64,000 nucleotides of DNA from Eledone cirrhosa (taxonomy: Eukaryota), in the NCBI GenBank assembly GCA_964016885.1, contig OZ024761.1:2356001-2420000 (forward strand). The letters run 5' to 3'. The notes beneath the pieces were generated by a model, which was given only the letters and a program-made list of their open reading frames with translations, was not told the origin of the DNA and did not search any database. This document shows, one piece after another, positions 38,341-51,644 of the stretch. Made by a program: the position numbers and the translations under genes. Numbering within the stretch: position 1 is the first letter of the stretch; each line of letters begins with the position of its first letter.

Positions 38341-38701
38341 TTGCAACAGAGTAGACTAAGATGAAGACACCTAAGAGTCATGTGGTGATGTTAAAAGATT
38401 CAACTACCGAGGAGTACAGTGGGATTTGAACTCGGAAGCTGAAGAATGAGAACAAATATTGCAAGGCACCCCATCCGATGCTCTAACAATTCCACTAATG
38501 TACTCCCACTTTATTTAATCAACCCCAAAAAGATGAAAGGCAAAGTTGACCACCTTGGTAAGATTTGAACACAGACCAAAACAAACAAAGATTTAATCCA
38601 ATGCCCTAACAACTTGGACAATTCACAGAATAAGTCGGATAACATCCATGAGCTCTGCTGGTCTCAGGGATTCAGCTGTATCAATTGGAAACAGTTGCTT
38701 C

Positions 38702-40855
38702 TGACAGGAGCTGCTGGAAGGAGGGAGGACTGTGTCACCCACGACCCTACAGGAGCTGCTGGAAGGAGGGAGGACTGTGTCACCCACGACCCTACAGGAG
38801 CTGCTGGAAGGAGGGAGGACTGTGTCACCCACGACCCTACAGGAGCTGCTGGAAGGAGGGAGGACTGTGTCACCCACGACCCTACAGGAGCTGCTGGAAG
38901 GAGGGAGGACTGTGTCACCCACGACCCTACAGGAGCTGCTGGAAGGAGGGAGGACTGTGTCACCCACGACCCTACAGGAGCTGCTGGAAGGAGGGAGGAC
39001 TGTGTCACCCACGACCCTACAGGAGCTGCTGGAAGGAGGGAGGACTGTGTCACCCACGACCCTACAGGAGCTGCTGGAAGGAGGGAGGACTGTGTCACCC
39101 ACGACCCTACAGGAGCTGCTGGAAGGAGGGAGAACTGTGTCACCCACGACCCTACAGGAGCTGCTGGAAGGAGGCAGGACTGTGTCACCCACGACCCTAC
39201 AGGAGCTGCTGGAAGGAGGGAGGACTGTGTCACCCACGACCCTACAGGAGCTGCTGGAAGGAGGGAGGACTGTGTCATCCACGACCCTACAGGAGCTGCT
39301 GGAAGGAGGGAGGACTGTGTCACCCACGACCCTACAGGAGCTGCTGGAAGGAGGGAGGACTGTGTCACCCACGACCCTACAGGAGCTGCTGGAAGGAGGG
39401 AGGACTGTGTCACCCACGACCCTACAGGAGCTGCTGGAAGGAGGGAGGACTGTGTCACCCACGACCCTACAGGAGCTGCTGGAAGGAGGGAGGACTGTGT
39501 CACCCACGACCCTACAGGCGCTGCTGGAAGGAGCGAGGACTGTGTCACCCACGACCCTACAGGAGCTGCTGGAAGGAGGGAGGACTGTGTCACCCACGAC
39601 CCTACAGGAGCTGCTGGAAGGAGGGAGGACTGTCACCCACGACCCTACAGGAGCTGCTGGAAGCAGGGAGGACTGTGTCACCCACGACCCTACAGGAGCT
39701 GCTGGAAGGAGGGAGGACTGTGTCACCCACGACCCTACAGGAGCTGCTGGAAGGAGGGAGGACTGTGTCACCCACGACCCTACAGGAGCTGCTGGAAGGA
39801 GGGAGGACTGTGTCACCCACGACCCTACAGGAGCTGCTGGAAGGAGGGAGGACTGTGTCACCCACGACCCTACAGGAGCTGCTGGAAGGAGGGAGGACTG
39901 TGTCACCCACGACCCTACAGGAGCTGCTGGAAGGAGGGAGGACTGTGTCACCCACGACCCTACAGGAGCTGCTGGAAGGAGGGAGGACTGTGTCACCCAC
40001 GACCCTACAGGAGCTGCTGGAAGGAGGGAGGACTGTGTCACCCACGACCCTACAGGAGCTGCTGGAAGGAGGGAGGACTGTGTCACCCACGACCCTACAG
40101 GAGCTGCTGGAAGGAGGGAGGACTGTGTCACCCACGACCCTACAGGAGCTGCTGGAAGGAGGGAGGACTGTGTCACCCACGACCCTACAGGAGCTGCTGG
40201 AAGGAGGGAGGACTGTGTCACCCACGACCCTACAGGAGCTGCTGGAAGGAGGGAGGACTGTGTCACCCACGACCCTACAGGAGCTGCTGGAAGGAGGGAG
40301 GACTGTGTCACCCACGACCCTACAGGAGCTGCTGGAAGGAGGGAGGACTGTGTCACCCACGACCCTACAGGAGCTGCTGGAAGGAGGGAGGACTGTGTCA
40401 CCCACGACCCTACAGGAGCTGCTGGAAGGAGGGAGGACTGTGTCACCCACGACCCTACAGGAGCTGCTGGAAGGAGGGAGGACTGTGTCACCCACGACCC
40501 TACAGGAGCTGCTGGAAGGAGGGAGGACTGTGTCACCCACGACCCTACAGGAGCTGCTGGAAGGAGGGAGGACTGTGTCACCCACGACCCTACAGGAGCT
40601 GCTGGAAGGAGGGAGGACTGTGTCACCCACGACCCTACAGGAGCTGCTGGAAGGAGGGAGGACTGTGTCACCCACGACCCTACAGGAGCCTCTGGAAGGA
40701 GGAAGGACTGTGTCACCCACGACCCTACAGGAGCTGCTGGAAGGAGGGAGGAGTTACCAATGATACTACAGGACCTACTGGAAGGAGTGAGGATTGTGCC
40801 ACCTATGACTTGCTGGAAGGAGTGAGGACTGTGTCACCCACGACCCTCACAGGAA
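38702..40855. repeat. 45-bp minisatellite, ~47 copies, derived from an RTE 3' end
   Basis: Unit ACAGGAGCTGCTGGAAGGAGGGAGGACTGTGTCACCCACGACCCT; the left flank 38630-38700 is unamplified element sequence (DNIHELCWS...LETVASDRSCW). Confidence 0.95.
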
Positions 40856-41144
40856 TATGTGGGCAAAGAAAAAAAAGAATAGGTTGTTGTACAAGTTATT
40901 TCAACACGTTTCCTCAATCCAATAAGTTGGTTCTCTGTCATGCCAGAAAAATATTTTCTTTCTTTCTAAATCTACCATTTGTTCTTGTATTGAGAACTGT
41001 TGCCTCATCTGGCCTAGTGCTCCTGCTGTGCACATTAAGAATCTGGATAAGATCCAAAGAAGAATCATCAATATTATTGGTCCCGTCTTATCATATTGGC
41101 TCCAATTATTATTACAAAATTTTGCTTCTGTACCATTTCTATAT

Positions 41145-41493
41145 CTTCTTGTTGTGGGTGGCTCAGTCCTCAAACCCTCCCTCCAGAAGCAATCGTCTCC
41201 AACTGATCCGGCTGGATCCCCAAGCAAGACCAGCCAAGCTCATAGATGTTATCCAACCATCTTGCTCGGGGTCCACTCCTGGGTCTCCTGCCAGTTGGTT
41301 TTGCCCATAAAATCTGTTAAACGATTCTTTCCTAAGACATTCTAACCACATGTTTGTAGTATCAGAGCTGTGATCTCTCAATTTGGAGAAGTAGCAGCTC
41401 TACCTGGAGTGACTCTTTGATCGGCAAGCTATATTCTATCGAGTAACATTACTCTAAAGACTTTTCAGAGGAATCCCATTTCAGCGGCTTGTA
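41145..41493 (-). mobile_element. RTE (Rex3/Expander-like) 3' fragment inserted into the older LINE
   Basis: Minus-strand KPTGRRPRSGPRARWLDNIYELGWSCLGI; flanked by TTCTATAT at 41137-41144 and 41494-41501 (candidate TSD). Confidence 0.7.
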
Positions 41494-41552
41494 TTCTATA
41501 TTTTCATGGTAATTCTGATGAGCTTTCCTCCATGTTGTGTCTTCACAAGTTA

Positions 41553-42671
41553 AAATATAACAACAGATTTCCAGCTAGGTCTCATCCCTTTACAGTTGAA
41601 GTTCCTAAATATAACACCAGATTTCCAGCTAGGTCCCATCCCTTTACAGTTCCTAAATATAACACCAGATTTCCAGCTAGGTCCTATCCCTTTACAGTTC
41701 CTAAATATAACATCAGATTTCCAGCTAGGTCCCATCCCTTTACAGTTCCTAAATATAACACCAGATTTCCAGCTAGGTCCCATCCCTTTACAGTTCCTAA
41801 ATATAACACCAGATTTCCAGCTAGGTCCCATCCCATTACAGTTCCTAAATATAACACCAGATTTCCAGCTAGGTCCCATCCCATTACAGTTCCTAAATAT
41901 AACACCAGATTTCCAGCTAGGTCCCATCCCATTACAGTTCCTAAATATAACACCAGATTTCCAGCTAGGTCCCATCCCATTACAGTTCCTAAATATAACA
42001 CCAGATTTCCAGCTAGGTCCCATCCCTTTACAGTTCCTAAATATAACACCAGATTTCCAGCTAGGTCCCATCCCATTACAGTTCCTAAATATAACACCAG
42101 ATTTCCAGCTAGGTCCCATCCCATTACAGTTCCTAAATATAACACCAGATTTCCAGCTAGGTCCTATCCCTTTACAGTTCCTAAATATAACATCAGATTT
42201 CCAGCTAGGTCCCATCCCTTTACAGTTCCTAAATATAACACCAGATTTCCAGCTAGGTCCCATCCCTTTACAGTTCCTAAATATAACACCAGATTTCCAG
42301 CTAGGTCCCATCCCATTACAGTTCCTAAATATAACACCAGATTTCCAGCTAGGTCCCATCCCATTACAGTTCCTAAATATAACACCAGATTTCCAGCTAG
42401 GTCCCATCCCATTACAGTTCCTAAATATAACACCAGATTTCCAGCTAGGTCCCATCCCTTTACAGTTCCTAAATATAACACCAGATTTCCAGCTAGGTCC
42501 CATCCCTTTACAGTTGCTAAATATAACACCAGATTTCCAGCTAGGTCCCATCCCATTACAGTTCCTAAATATAACACCAGATTTCCAGCTAGGTCCCATC
42601 CCATTACAGTTCCTAAATATAACACCAGATTTCCAGCTAGGTCCCATCTCTTTACAGTTGAAGTTCCTAAA
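41553..42671. repeat. 48-bp minisatellite, ~23 copies
   Basis: Unit AAATATAACACCAGATTTCCAGCTAGGTCCCATCCC(T/A)TTACAGTTCCT. Confidence 0.96.
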
Positions 42672-42806
42672 TCTAATTGTAAATACTATTCTGATAGTTT
42701 CTTCTCACATCTCCCCTGTGGAATTATCTTCCAGTTTCTAGCTTTCCTGATAAATACAATTTGCAAAAATTCAAAAGCAACATCAATCATCTTCTCTCTT
42801 CTATAA

Positions 42807-43340
42807 TTATGTTCTCTCTGTCTTGTCCTTCTCCCTTCTCAGTAACCCCTTATATTTTAGAGGATTTATTGCCTTATTAGGGATTATGTTCCCTCTGTCG
42901 TGTCCGTCTCCCTTCTCAGTAACCCCTTATATTTTAGAGGATTTATTGCCTTATTAGGGATTATGTTCCCTCTGTCTTGTCCTTCTCCCTTCTCAGTAAC
43001 CCCTTATATTTTAGTGGCTTTATTGCCTTACTAGGGATTATGTTCCCTCTGTCTGTCCTTCTCCCTTCTCAGTAACCTCTTATATTTTAGTGGCTTTATT
43101 GCCTTACTAGAGATTATGTTCCCTCTGTCTTGTCCTTCTCCCTTCTCAGTAACCCCTTATATTTTAGTGGCTTTATTGCCTTACTTGGGATTATGTTCCC
43201 TCTGTCGTGTCCGTCTCCCTTCTCAGTAACCCCTTATATTTTAGTGGCTTTATTGCCTTACTAGGGATTATGTTCCCTCTGTCGTGTCCTTCTCCCTTCT
43301 CAGTAACCCCTTATATTTTAGTGGCTTTATTGCCTTACTT
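42807..43340. repeat. ~77-bp minisatellite, ~7 copies, from a LINE 3' UTR
   Basis: TTATGTTCCCTCTGTC recurs at 42884, 42961 and onward. Confidence 0.92.
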
Positions 43341-43635
43341 GGTGTGTAAAATAAAAACTAAAAAATTTGAACTCAGAAAGCAGAGATCTAATTCACCACC
43401 ACTGTGTCTCTGAGAGAGAGGGGGGGGGGGGTTAACTGAGCATCTACAAAGCCATTGAGGCAGGCTCTTGATGGACAATCAACCAGCTGCCACTGTTGTT
43501 TAACCCAGGGTCCAGACAGATGATCAAAGTTGTTCCAGCTGTAACCATCTCCCATCTTATACAGCCACTGTGAATCTATAAATTTATCCTTTCTTATTTT
43601 TACCATTTAGCCCCTGGTCAGTGTTGATACAGGAG

Positions 43636-45180
43636 ACAACCACAACCACCACTACCACCACCATCATCACTACAACACCCCTACCACCACCACTACAACA
43701 ACACCTCCACCATCACTACAACACCACCACCACCACAACAACACTAACACAACCACAACACTACAACAACACCAACACCACCACCACAACACTAACACCA
43801 CCACCACCACAACACTACAACCACAACACTACAACAACACTAACACCACCACAACACTAACACAACAATAACACCACCACAACACTAACACCACCACCAC
43901 CACAACACTAACACCACCACCACCATAACAACACTAACACCACCACCATCATAACACAACACTAACACCACCACAACACCAGTACACCACAACACCACCA
44001 CAACACTAACACCACCACCACTACAACACCACCACCACCATAAGAACACTAACACCACCACCACCACAACAACAACACTAACACCACCACAACAACACCA
44101 ACACAACAACACCACCAACACCACCACAACATTAACACCTCCACCATAACATTAACACCACCACAACAACACTAACACCACCACCACCACCATAACAACA
44201 CTAACACCACCACCACCACCACAACACTAACACAACACCACCACAACAACACTAACAACACCACCACCACAACACTAACACCACCACAACAATAACACCA
44301 CCATCACACCACAACAACACTAACACCACCACAACACTAACACCACCATAACAACACTAACACCACCACAACAACAACACTAACACCACCACCACCACCA
44401 TAACAACACTAACACCACCACAACACAACACTAACACCACCACCACCACAACAACAACACTAACACCACCACAACAACACCAACAGCACAACACCACCAC
44501 CACCGCCACAACACTAACACCACCACCACCACCATAACAACACTAACACCATCACAACACCAGTACACCACAACACTAACACCACTACAACACCACCACA
44601 ACACTAACACCCCCACCACCACAACACTAACACCACCATAAGAACACTAACACCACCACCACCACCACAACAACACTAACACCATCACAACAACACCAAC
44701 ACCACCACAACGACAACACCACCACCACCACCACCACCAACACAACACTAACACCTCCACCATAACATTAACACCACCACAACAACAACACTAAGACCCC
44801 CACCCCCACCACCACCATCACCACCACCACAACCACAACAACATTAAGACCACCACAACCACCATCATAACAACACTAAGACCACCACTCCCACAACAAC
44901 ATTAAGACCACCACCACAACACTAAGACCACCACCACCACCACAACAACACTAAGACCACCACTACCACCGCCACAACAACACTAAGACCACCACCACCA
45001 CCACAACAGTACGACCACCACCACCACCACCACCACAACAGTACGACCACCACCACCACCACAACAACACTAAGACCACCACCACCACCACCATAACAAC
45101 ACTAAGACCCCCACCCCCATACACTAAGACCACCACCACCACAACAACATTAAGACCACCACCACCACAACAACAACAAC
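43636..45180. repeat. (CAC/CAA/ACACTA) low-complexity repeat
   Basis: Direct reading. Confidence 0.92.
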
Positions 45181-45289
45181 TTACAAAAAATTGCAATAAA
45201 AAAAAAAAACTATACTTTGTTTATTTAATTTATTAATTGTATTAATGTTCAATAAGCAGTTGTGCCACAGGTGTGACAGTCCTGATGGT

Positions 45290-45542
45290 GTGACAGTGCC
45301 ACACAGTCAGCCCTGTGTCACAGATGTGCCACACCATCAGCACTGTGTCACACCGTCGCAACATCAGCCCTGTGTCACACCGTCACGACAGTGCCTCACC
45401 ATCAGCACTGCGTCATACCGTCACACCACCAGCACTGTGTCAACCGTCATGACAGTGCCACACCATCAGCACTGTGTCACACCGTCAGACCTGTGTCACA
45501 CCGTCACGACAGTGCCACACGGTCACGACTGTCACACCATCA
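45290..45542. repeat. Degenerate ~20-bp repeat
   Basis: Alternating CTGTGTCACACCGTC and GACAGTGCCACAC motifs. Confidence 0.7.
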
Positions 45543-45687
45543 TCATGTTATACTTTATTATTGTTGTCCAAGTTGTATTTAATTAGAAGAGTTTTAAATA
45601 CCTCCAGGCTATTTGATAGGGAATCCAGGTATATCTGAAGGTCGTTTATGAACTGAAAATAAATATAATTTAAATACATACATACAT

Positions 45688-46300
45688 ATCATCATCATCT
45701 CATCATCTTCGTTTAACGTCCATCTTCCACGCTAGCATGGGTTAGATATATATATCATCACCGTTTTACGTCTGTTCTTCCATGCTAGCATGGATTAGAC
45801 GGGTTGTCCTGTTGTGGGCAGTGTCCGGTCGGCTGACCTTGTCTTGCTCATACGGGAACTGATTCTGGCTTGATTTCTACAGCTGGATGCCCTTCCTAAC
45901 ACCAACCTCATTTGCAGTGAGTGCTGGGTGCGTTTTTGCAGTGGAATGATAGGGACCCCAGTCTTATCTCATTTCTACAGCTGAGTAAACTGGAGCAATG
46001 TGAAATAAAGTGTCTTGCTCAAGGAAACAACACATCACCCGGTCCGAGAATTGAAATCACAACCTTTAGATTGCAAGCCCAATGCTCTAACCACTAAGCC
46101 ATGTGCCTCCATATATATACATATATATATACATACACATATACTGGAACAAAACCATCTAACCCATGCTAGCGTGGAAGATGGGCGTTAAACAATGATG
46201 ATGATGATATATATGTGTGTGTGTGTATCATCATCATCGTTTAACGCTGGAATTGTCCCACTTGAGGCAAGATTGATTGGGTAACCATGTCTCGCTTATA
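45688..46300. mobile_element. Cluster of short RTE-B 3' tails in both orientations plus a minus-strand SINE (45962-46110)
   Basis: Repeated (CAT)n-CGTTTAACGTCCATCTTCCACGCTAGCATGGGTTAGA motif; SINE core AAAGTGTCTTGCTCAAGG. Confidence 0.7.
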
Positions 46301-46317
46301 TACTTATATATAGGTGG

Positions 46318-46371
<54 letters not shown>

Positions 46372-46374
<3 letters not shown>

Positions 46375-48130
46375 GGAAGCTGAGAGTAGGAGGTTTGCCA
46401 ATGTTCTGCGACGGCAAGATCAGAGGCGTGCGGTGTTCCACATTGCAAGGCAGTGTGTCAGTGCAAATCAGGATGTAGACCCGACAGAGGGAACAGCTAT
46501 TGAGATTGACGAATATAGGGTACAAGAGGCAATTAAGGAAATGAAGAATGGTAAGGCTGCTGGGCCGTTGGGGATAGTTGCTGAGATGCTGAAGGCTTCA
46601 GGAGAAGTAGGCACTAAACTAGTTAAACGCATCATCAATCAGGCTATATATGGCAGTGTCATACTCAAAGGCTGGTGCAGCAGTCAGTATTCTCATAAAT
46701 TGTTACAAAGGTAAAGGGGATGCTCTGGAGAGGAGCAATTATAGGGGCATAAAGCTGATGGATCAGGTTATGAAAGTGGCAGAGAGAATATTAGCACAAC
46801 TAATTAGAGAAAGGGTCAATTTAGATGAGATGCAGTTTGGTTTTGTGCCTCGGAAAAGTACAACACATGCCCTCTTCATAGTGAGGCAACTTAGAGAAAA
46901 ATAAGCCACTATGCCTTTGTTGATCTTGAGAAGGCCTTTGATAGGGTACCCCGATCTGTCATCTAGTGGTCCCTAAGGAAACTAGGTGAGGACAGTGCAA
47001 GCTATGTACAGAAGTGCTGTCAGTAAAGTGAGAATAGGAATGGAGTTTAGTGAGGAATTCCAGATACAAGTAGGTGTACATCAAGGTTCAGCCCTCAGCC
47101 CACTCTTATTCATTATAGTCCTCCCAGCCATAACAGAGGAGTTTAAGACTGGATGCCTATGGGAACTTCTCTATGCTGATGATCTGGTTCTTATAGCAGA
47201 ATCAGTAAAGGAGCTAGAGAATAAATTCTGGCTATGGAATCAAGAGGCCTGAGAGTGAAAATAGCTAAAACAAAGGCATTGATAAGTAGAAAAGAGGACA
47301 ATACTCCAATTCCATCAGGGAAATGGTCATGTTCAATATGTAGGAAAGGAACTGGCATAAATTCCATAAAATGTACGCAATGCAGATCTTGGGTACACAA
47401 GGGATGTAGTAGGATAGCAGGAAAACTACATATGCAGTAGATGTACAGGGAAAGTTGGCAGTAGTAATCGCTGTGATAGACTCATTTTTCCTATGCAGCT
47501 GGGTTCTATAGAAGTGGTTGATAGCTTCCGGTACCTAGGTGATCAGATTAGCATGGGAGGGGAGTGTTCCGAGGCCATAGTATCTAGAATAAGGACGGGT
47601 TGGAAGAAGTTTAGGGAGCTGCTTCCTCCATTGACAACAAAAGGTTTCTCCCTATGAATGAAAGGTAGGTTGTATGATGCCTGTGTGAGATGCGTGGTAG
47701 TGAGACATGGGCAGCAACTGCAGAAGATATGCGACGGCTGGAGAGCAATGAAGCAAGTATGCTCCGTTGGATGTGCAATGTCAATGTGCGTGAATGACCA
47801 AGCATAGACGAGTTGAGAAAGAAACTGTGTATAAGAGGGATAAGTTGTGGTGTGCAGGAGAGAAGGCTGAGATGGTATGGACGTGATGCGCATGGAGGAT
47901 AACCAAGGGTGAAGAAGTGCCAAGAAGTCCCAGTGGAGGGAAGACGCAGTAGAGGTAGACCACGGAAAACATGGGCGGAGGTGGTGAGAGCAGACCTCAG
48001 ATCACTGAAACTCACCGAGGAGATGACGAAGGACCGTGACGAATGGAGAGATACTGTGCTGAATAGGACCCGTCCCACCCTTGTAAGCAGGGAAAAGCAG
48101 ACGTAAAGTGATGATGATGATGATGATGAT
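46372..48130 (+). mobile_element. RTE LINE (family A), 5'-truncated, internally deleted, decayed
   Basis: MKNGKAAGP, NYRGIKL, QFGFVP, FVDLEKAFDRVP, GVHQGSALSPLLF, LLYADDLVL and RGRPRKTW motifs; (GAT)n tail. Confidence 0.93.
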
Positions 48131-48186
48131 ATATATATATATATGGGTGTGTGTGTATATATATTATGTAATAAACAACACAATAT

Positions 48187-48265
48187 AATTACTCCATTAC
48201 CCAAGGTTTCACGAAGTCAGACGTTTCTAACAGAGGCATCTGCAGTTGTTCATCAGAGAGAAATC
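48187..48265 (-). ncRNA. Degenerate hammerhead ribozyme in a solo pLTR-like fragment (~48160-48375)
   Basis: Minus strand reads CTGATGA...GAAA-CC-ttg-GG-TA-ATGGAGTAATT; stems I and II are partly eroded; downstream TTGTTTATTACATAA as next to the 3686 motif. Confidence 0.55.
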
Positions 48266-48370
48266 TTTAATTTGGATATAAGATATGAAATTAAAATCTA
48301 TTATAAATGAAAATGAGGCTGAAATAAAATAATGGGAAAAAAAATTCATGTACACACAGAAATACTTAAC

Positions 48371-48408
<38 letters not shown>

Positions 48409-48409
<1 letters not shown>

Positions 48410-50766
48410 TACCACACCCCTCCTTGTGCCCCATCCCATCCCTTCCTCCCACCCAGCGAACTCCAAAACTTCAGAGTTGGTACCATGAACGTAGGTAGAT
48501 TGAAAGGTTACTCAAATGAGGTTGTAGAGATGTTTGAATGTAAGGAAGTTGATGTTTCTTGTGTTCAAGAGACTAGGTGGAGGGGTGGGTCTGCTAGATT
48601 CATTGTGGGCAAAAAAATGATGCTATAAACTTTTCTGGATGTTAGCAGAAAAATGGGTAGATAAGGTAACTGCTGTAAATAGTGTGAATGACAGAATAAT
48701 TAAAATAAGACTGGTTCTAAATAGAAAAACTGTGATAATAATATCCACTTATGTACCCCAATCTGGTCTACCTGACGTTATAAAGGACAGGTTCTTTGAG
48801 TCGCTAATGCTCACTACCTCCCAAATAACCGACAGCGACTACATAAATATTTTTGGTGACCTTAATGGTCATGTTGGACAACATAGTGATGGCTATGATG
48901 GAATCCATGGAGGCTACTTGAAATGAGGAAGGCTTCAGGATCCTGGAATTCTGTGACGCTAATAACCTAACTATCTGTAACACAAACTTCAAAAAACGAG
49001 ACAATCACTTGATCACCTGTAGATCAGGGGAACACACCAGCCAGATAGATTTTATCCTTACTAGAAGACGAGAGAGAGTGTCTGTTGTAAACACTAAGTC
49101 TCTCCTCCATGAAGAATGCACTTCCCAACATAGCCTAGTAGTTAGTGACCTCATAGTCAGAAATAGATGTACTCGATGGCAGAGGACTACCTTGAGAAGA
49201 ATATGGAAGTTGAAGGACCCCACAGGCAGTAACAAATTTAAAAGCATATTACTTGATGCTTTTGACAGTAAGGAAGAGCAATTAGAGTTGTACAATATAG
49301 AGGAACAGTGGGAATTCTTGAAAGTTAACCTGATGAAGGCGACAGATAAAATCTGTGGCTGGAGCAGACCTATAGGCAGGAGGAGAGTAACTTGGTGGTG
49401 GAACAGTAAAGTGGAGGTGACAATCAAGGCCAAAAAGCAGGCTTGGAAAGTATGGTGGGATAGGGGAAGTAGAGAACACTATCAAGTGGCAAGGAGAGAA
49501 GCTAGGAGACAAGTGTTCTTTGCTAGAAGGGAAGCAGAGGATAGAAAGTTTATGCATGTTCTACAATGTGAGGACCAAAAGCGTGAGGTGCCCATGGATG
49601 CTCAACTACAGGAGAAGTTCCTAGCTAAAAGTAAACCCCTCTACTTAGCTTTTGTTGACTTGGAGAAAGCCTTTGACAGAGTCCCCCCCGCTCCATTATC
49701 TGGTGGGCCCTCAGAAAACTAGGTGTAGGTGAATGGCTTGTGAGAGCTATACAAACCATGTATAAAGAAACAGTCAGCAAGGTTAGAATTAACAATGAAG
49801 AATTTAGCGTAAAAGTACGTGTTCATCAAGGTTCTGTCCTTAGCCCCCTCCTGTTTATTATTGCCCTACATGCTATAACAGAAGAGTTTAAGACTAGCTG
49901 CCCATGGGAACTTCTATATGTAGATGATCTAACTCTCATAGTTGAATCAATAGCTGAACTAAAGAAGAAATTCCAAACATGGAAGCATGGCTTAGAATCA
50001 AAAAGCCTTAAAGTTAACTTGTCTAAGACTAAAGTTCTAGTTTGTAGAAAGGAAAATAGGGCACAGGTGCCCTCTGGGAAATGGCCCTGAAAGGTTTCTC
50101 TCTAAAAATGAAAGGCAGATTGTATGATGCTTGTATACGAACAGCAATGTTACATGGCACTGAGATCTGGGCAGTGTGCAGAGGACCTGCCCAGATTGGA
50201 AAGGAACGAAGCACGCATACTCCGATGGATGTGTTAATATACATGAATGGCAAAATGTAAATGAACTAAGTGAAAAATTAGGAATAAGAAGGATCAGATG
50301 CTGTTTACTTGGTATGGTCATGTGATGTGTATGAAGGATGTCAGCTGCATAAAAAAGTGCAGGGTGAAAATTGATGGAAGCTACGGAGTAGGAAGGCCTG
50401 GGACAAGGTGATAAAAGCTGACCTTGCACAACTGCACCTTTCAAAGACAATGACACAAGTTTGAGATCTTTGCGCATGGACTCAAACATACTTCTAGTAG
50501 GCACCCCTTAATCCACTTAACCATTATATCCCCTTCCATACACTCCCACTTCACCCTTCCACTGTAGAGTTATGTTGTTATCACAAAAGCAGCCAGCACA
50601 CACTGTAAATGTGGTTGGCATTAGGAATGGCATCCAATTGTAGAAATCTAGCCAGAAACAGTTCTGTATGAATAAGACGGTCACCTGACCCAACTTGGCT
50701 TTAATAGGACGACTTGTCTAACCCATGCTAGCGTGGAAGATAGACATTAAACGATGATGATGATGA
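48409..50766 (+). mobile_element. RTE LINE (family B-like) with APE endonuclease and deleted RT
   Basis: FRVGTMNV, CVQETRW, GDLNGHVG and SQIDFIL (APE); AFVDLEKAFDRVP, VHQGSVLSPLLF and LLYVDDL (RT); internal deletions near 49590 and 50088; (GAT)n tail. Confidence 0.92.
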
Positions 50767-50819
50767 TATATAATTAAACAAAAAAGTGAACGTATTAATA
50801 ATAGTAAAAGTAATAATAA

Positions 50820-51030
50820 TAATTTCTACTTTAGGCACAAGGCCAGTAATTTAGGGAGAGGAGAAAGTTGATTAAATTGATCTCAGTGTAATACTGGTCG
50901 TTTATTTTAACAACCCCGTAAGGATGAAAAGCAAAGTTAACCTCAGCGGGATTTGAACTCAGAACGCAAAGGGCCATAACTCTATGCCGCAAAGCATGGT
51001 GTGATGCTCTACCGATACTGTTAATCCACT
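50820..51030 (-). mobile_element. tRNA-derived SINE
   Basis: Homologous to 37185-37366; B-box GAGTTCAAATCC on the minus strand. Confidence 0.78.
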
Positions 51031-51289
51031 GAAGAAAATTAATAATAATGTTTTCGGATTTAAACTCCTACACAAGTATGTGCTGATCGATATGGACGCA
51101 TGTGTAAATGAAGATATAGTGTATAAAGTTTATACGCACAGGTATAATGTATATACACATATACATGTACACTTGTATGCACATGTGCGTGCACAAATGT
51201 ATACACACACATACAATTACGTATATTGATTGGTGACGCGCGTTTCACTATTGATCAATAGCGAAACGCACGTCACCAATATACATAAT

Positions 51290-51468
51290 TGTTTCTACTT
51301 TTGGCACAAGGCCATCAATTACCCAGTGCATTACTGGTACTTTATTTTATCGACCCCGTAAGGATGAAAGGCAAAGTTAACCTCGGTGGGATTTGAACTC
51401 GGACCGCAAAGGGACGTAACTATGCTGGAAAGCATGGCGTCCGACCCTCTACCGATACTGCCAAGCCA
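51290..51468 (-). mobile_element. tRNA-derived SINE with target-site duplication
   Basis: GTCACCAATATACATAAT occurs at 51272-51289 and 51469-51486. Confidence 0.85.
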
Positions 51469-51644
51469 GTCACCAATATACATAATGAAGGCTTAACATA
51501 TCATCCTTGTATTATTATATTACACTGTCTAGCTCTACACCTCGCCACTGATGTGAACCTAAACATCGAGTGCTCATCTGGGTGGACCTACAATAACTTC
51601 ACGTTACACTCCCTGTATATGGATATATTTATATATATACTGAA

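Larger units (their letters stand above)
40890..43366 (+). mobile_element. Decayed non-LTR retrotransposon 3' end (CR1/L2/Jockey-type; clade uncertain), hosting an insertion and two arrays
   Basis: LDKIQRRIINIIGP...FLY, then YFHGNSDELSSML...RSHPFTVEVPKSNCKYYSDSFF; 3' UTR AGTAACCCCTTATATTTTAGTGGC...GCCTTACTTGGTGTG and an A-rich tail. Confidence 0.7.

Noticed and set aside
38614-41310. 898-aa and other ~700-aa ORFs
   Set aside because: Translations of a 45-bp tandem repeat that is open in several frames on both strands, with a mid-array frameshift and a TE-derived unit.
41516-41530. CTGATGAG hammerhead-like core
   Set aside because: Part of the LINE coding relic (SDEL); no stem II/GAAA arrangement follows.
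41532-42806. 424-aa repeat ORF (KYNTRFPARSHPFTVP)n
   Set aside because: Amplified piece of a dead LINE, not a host gene.
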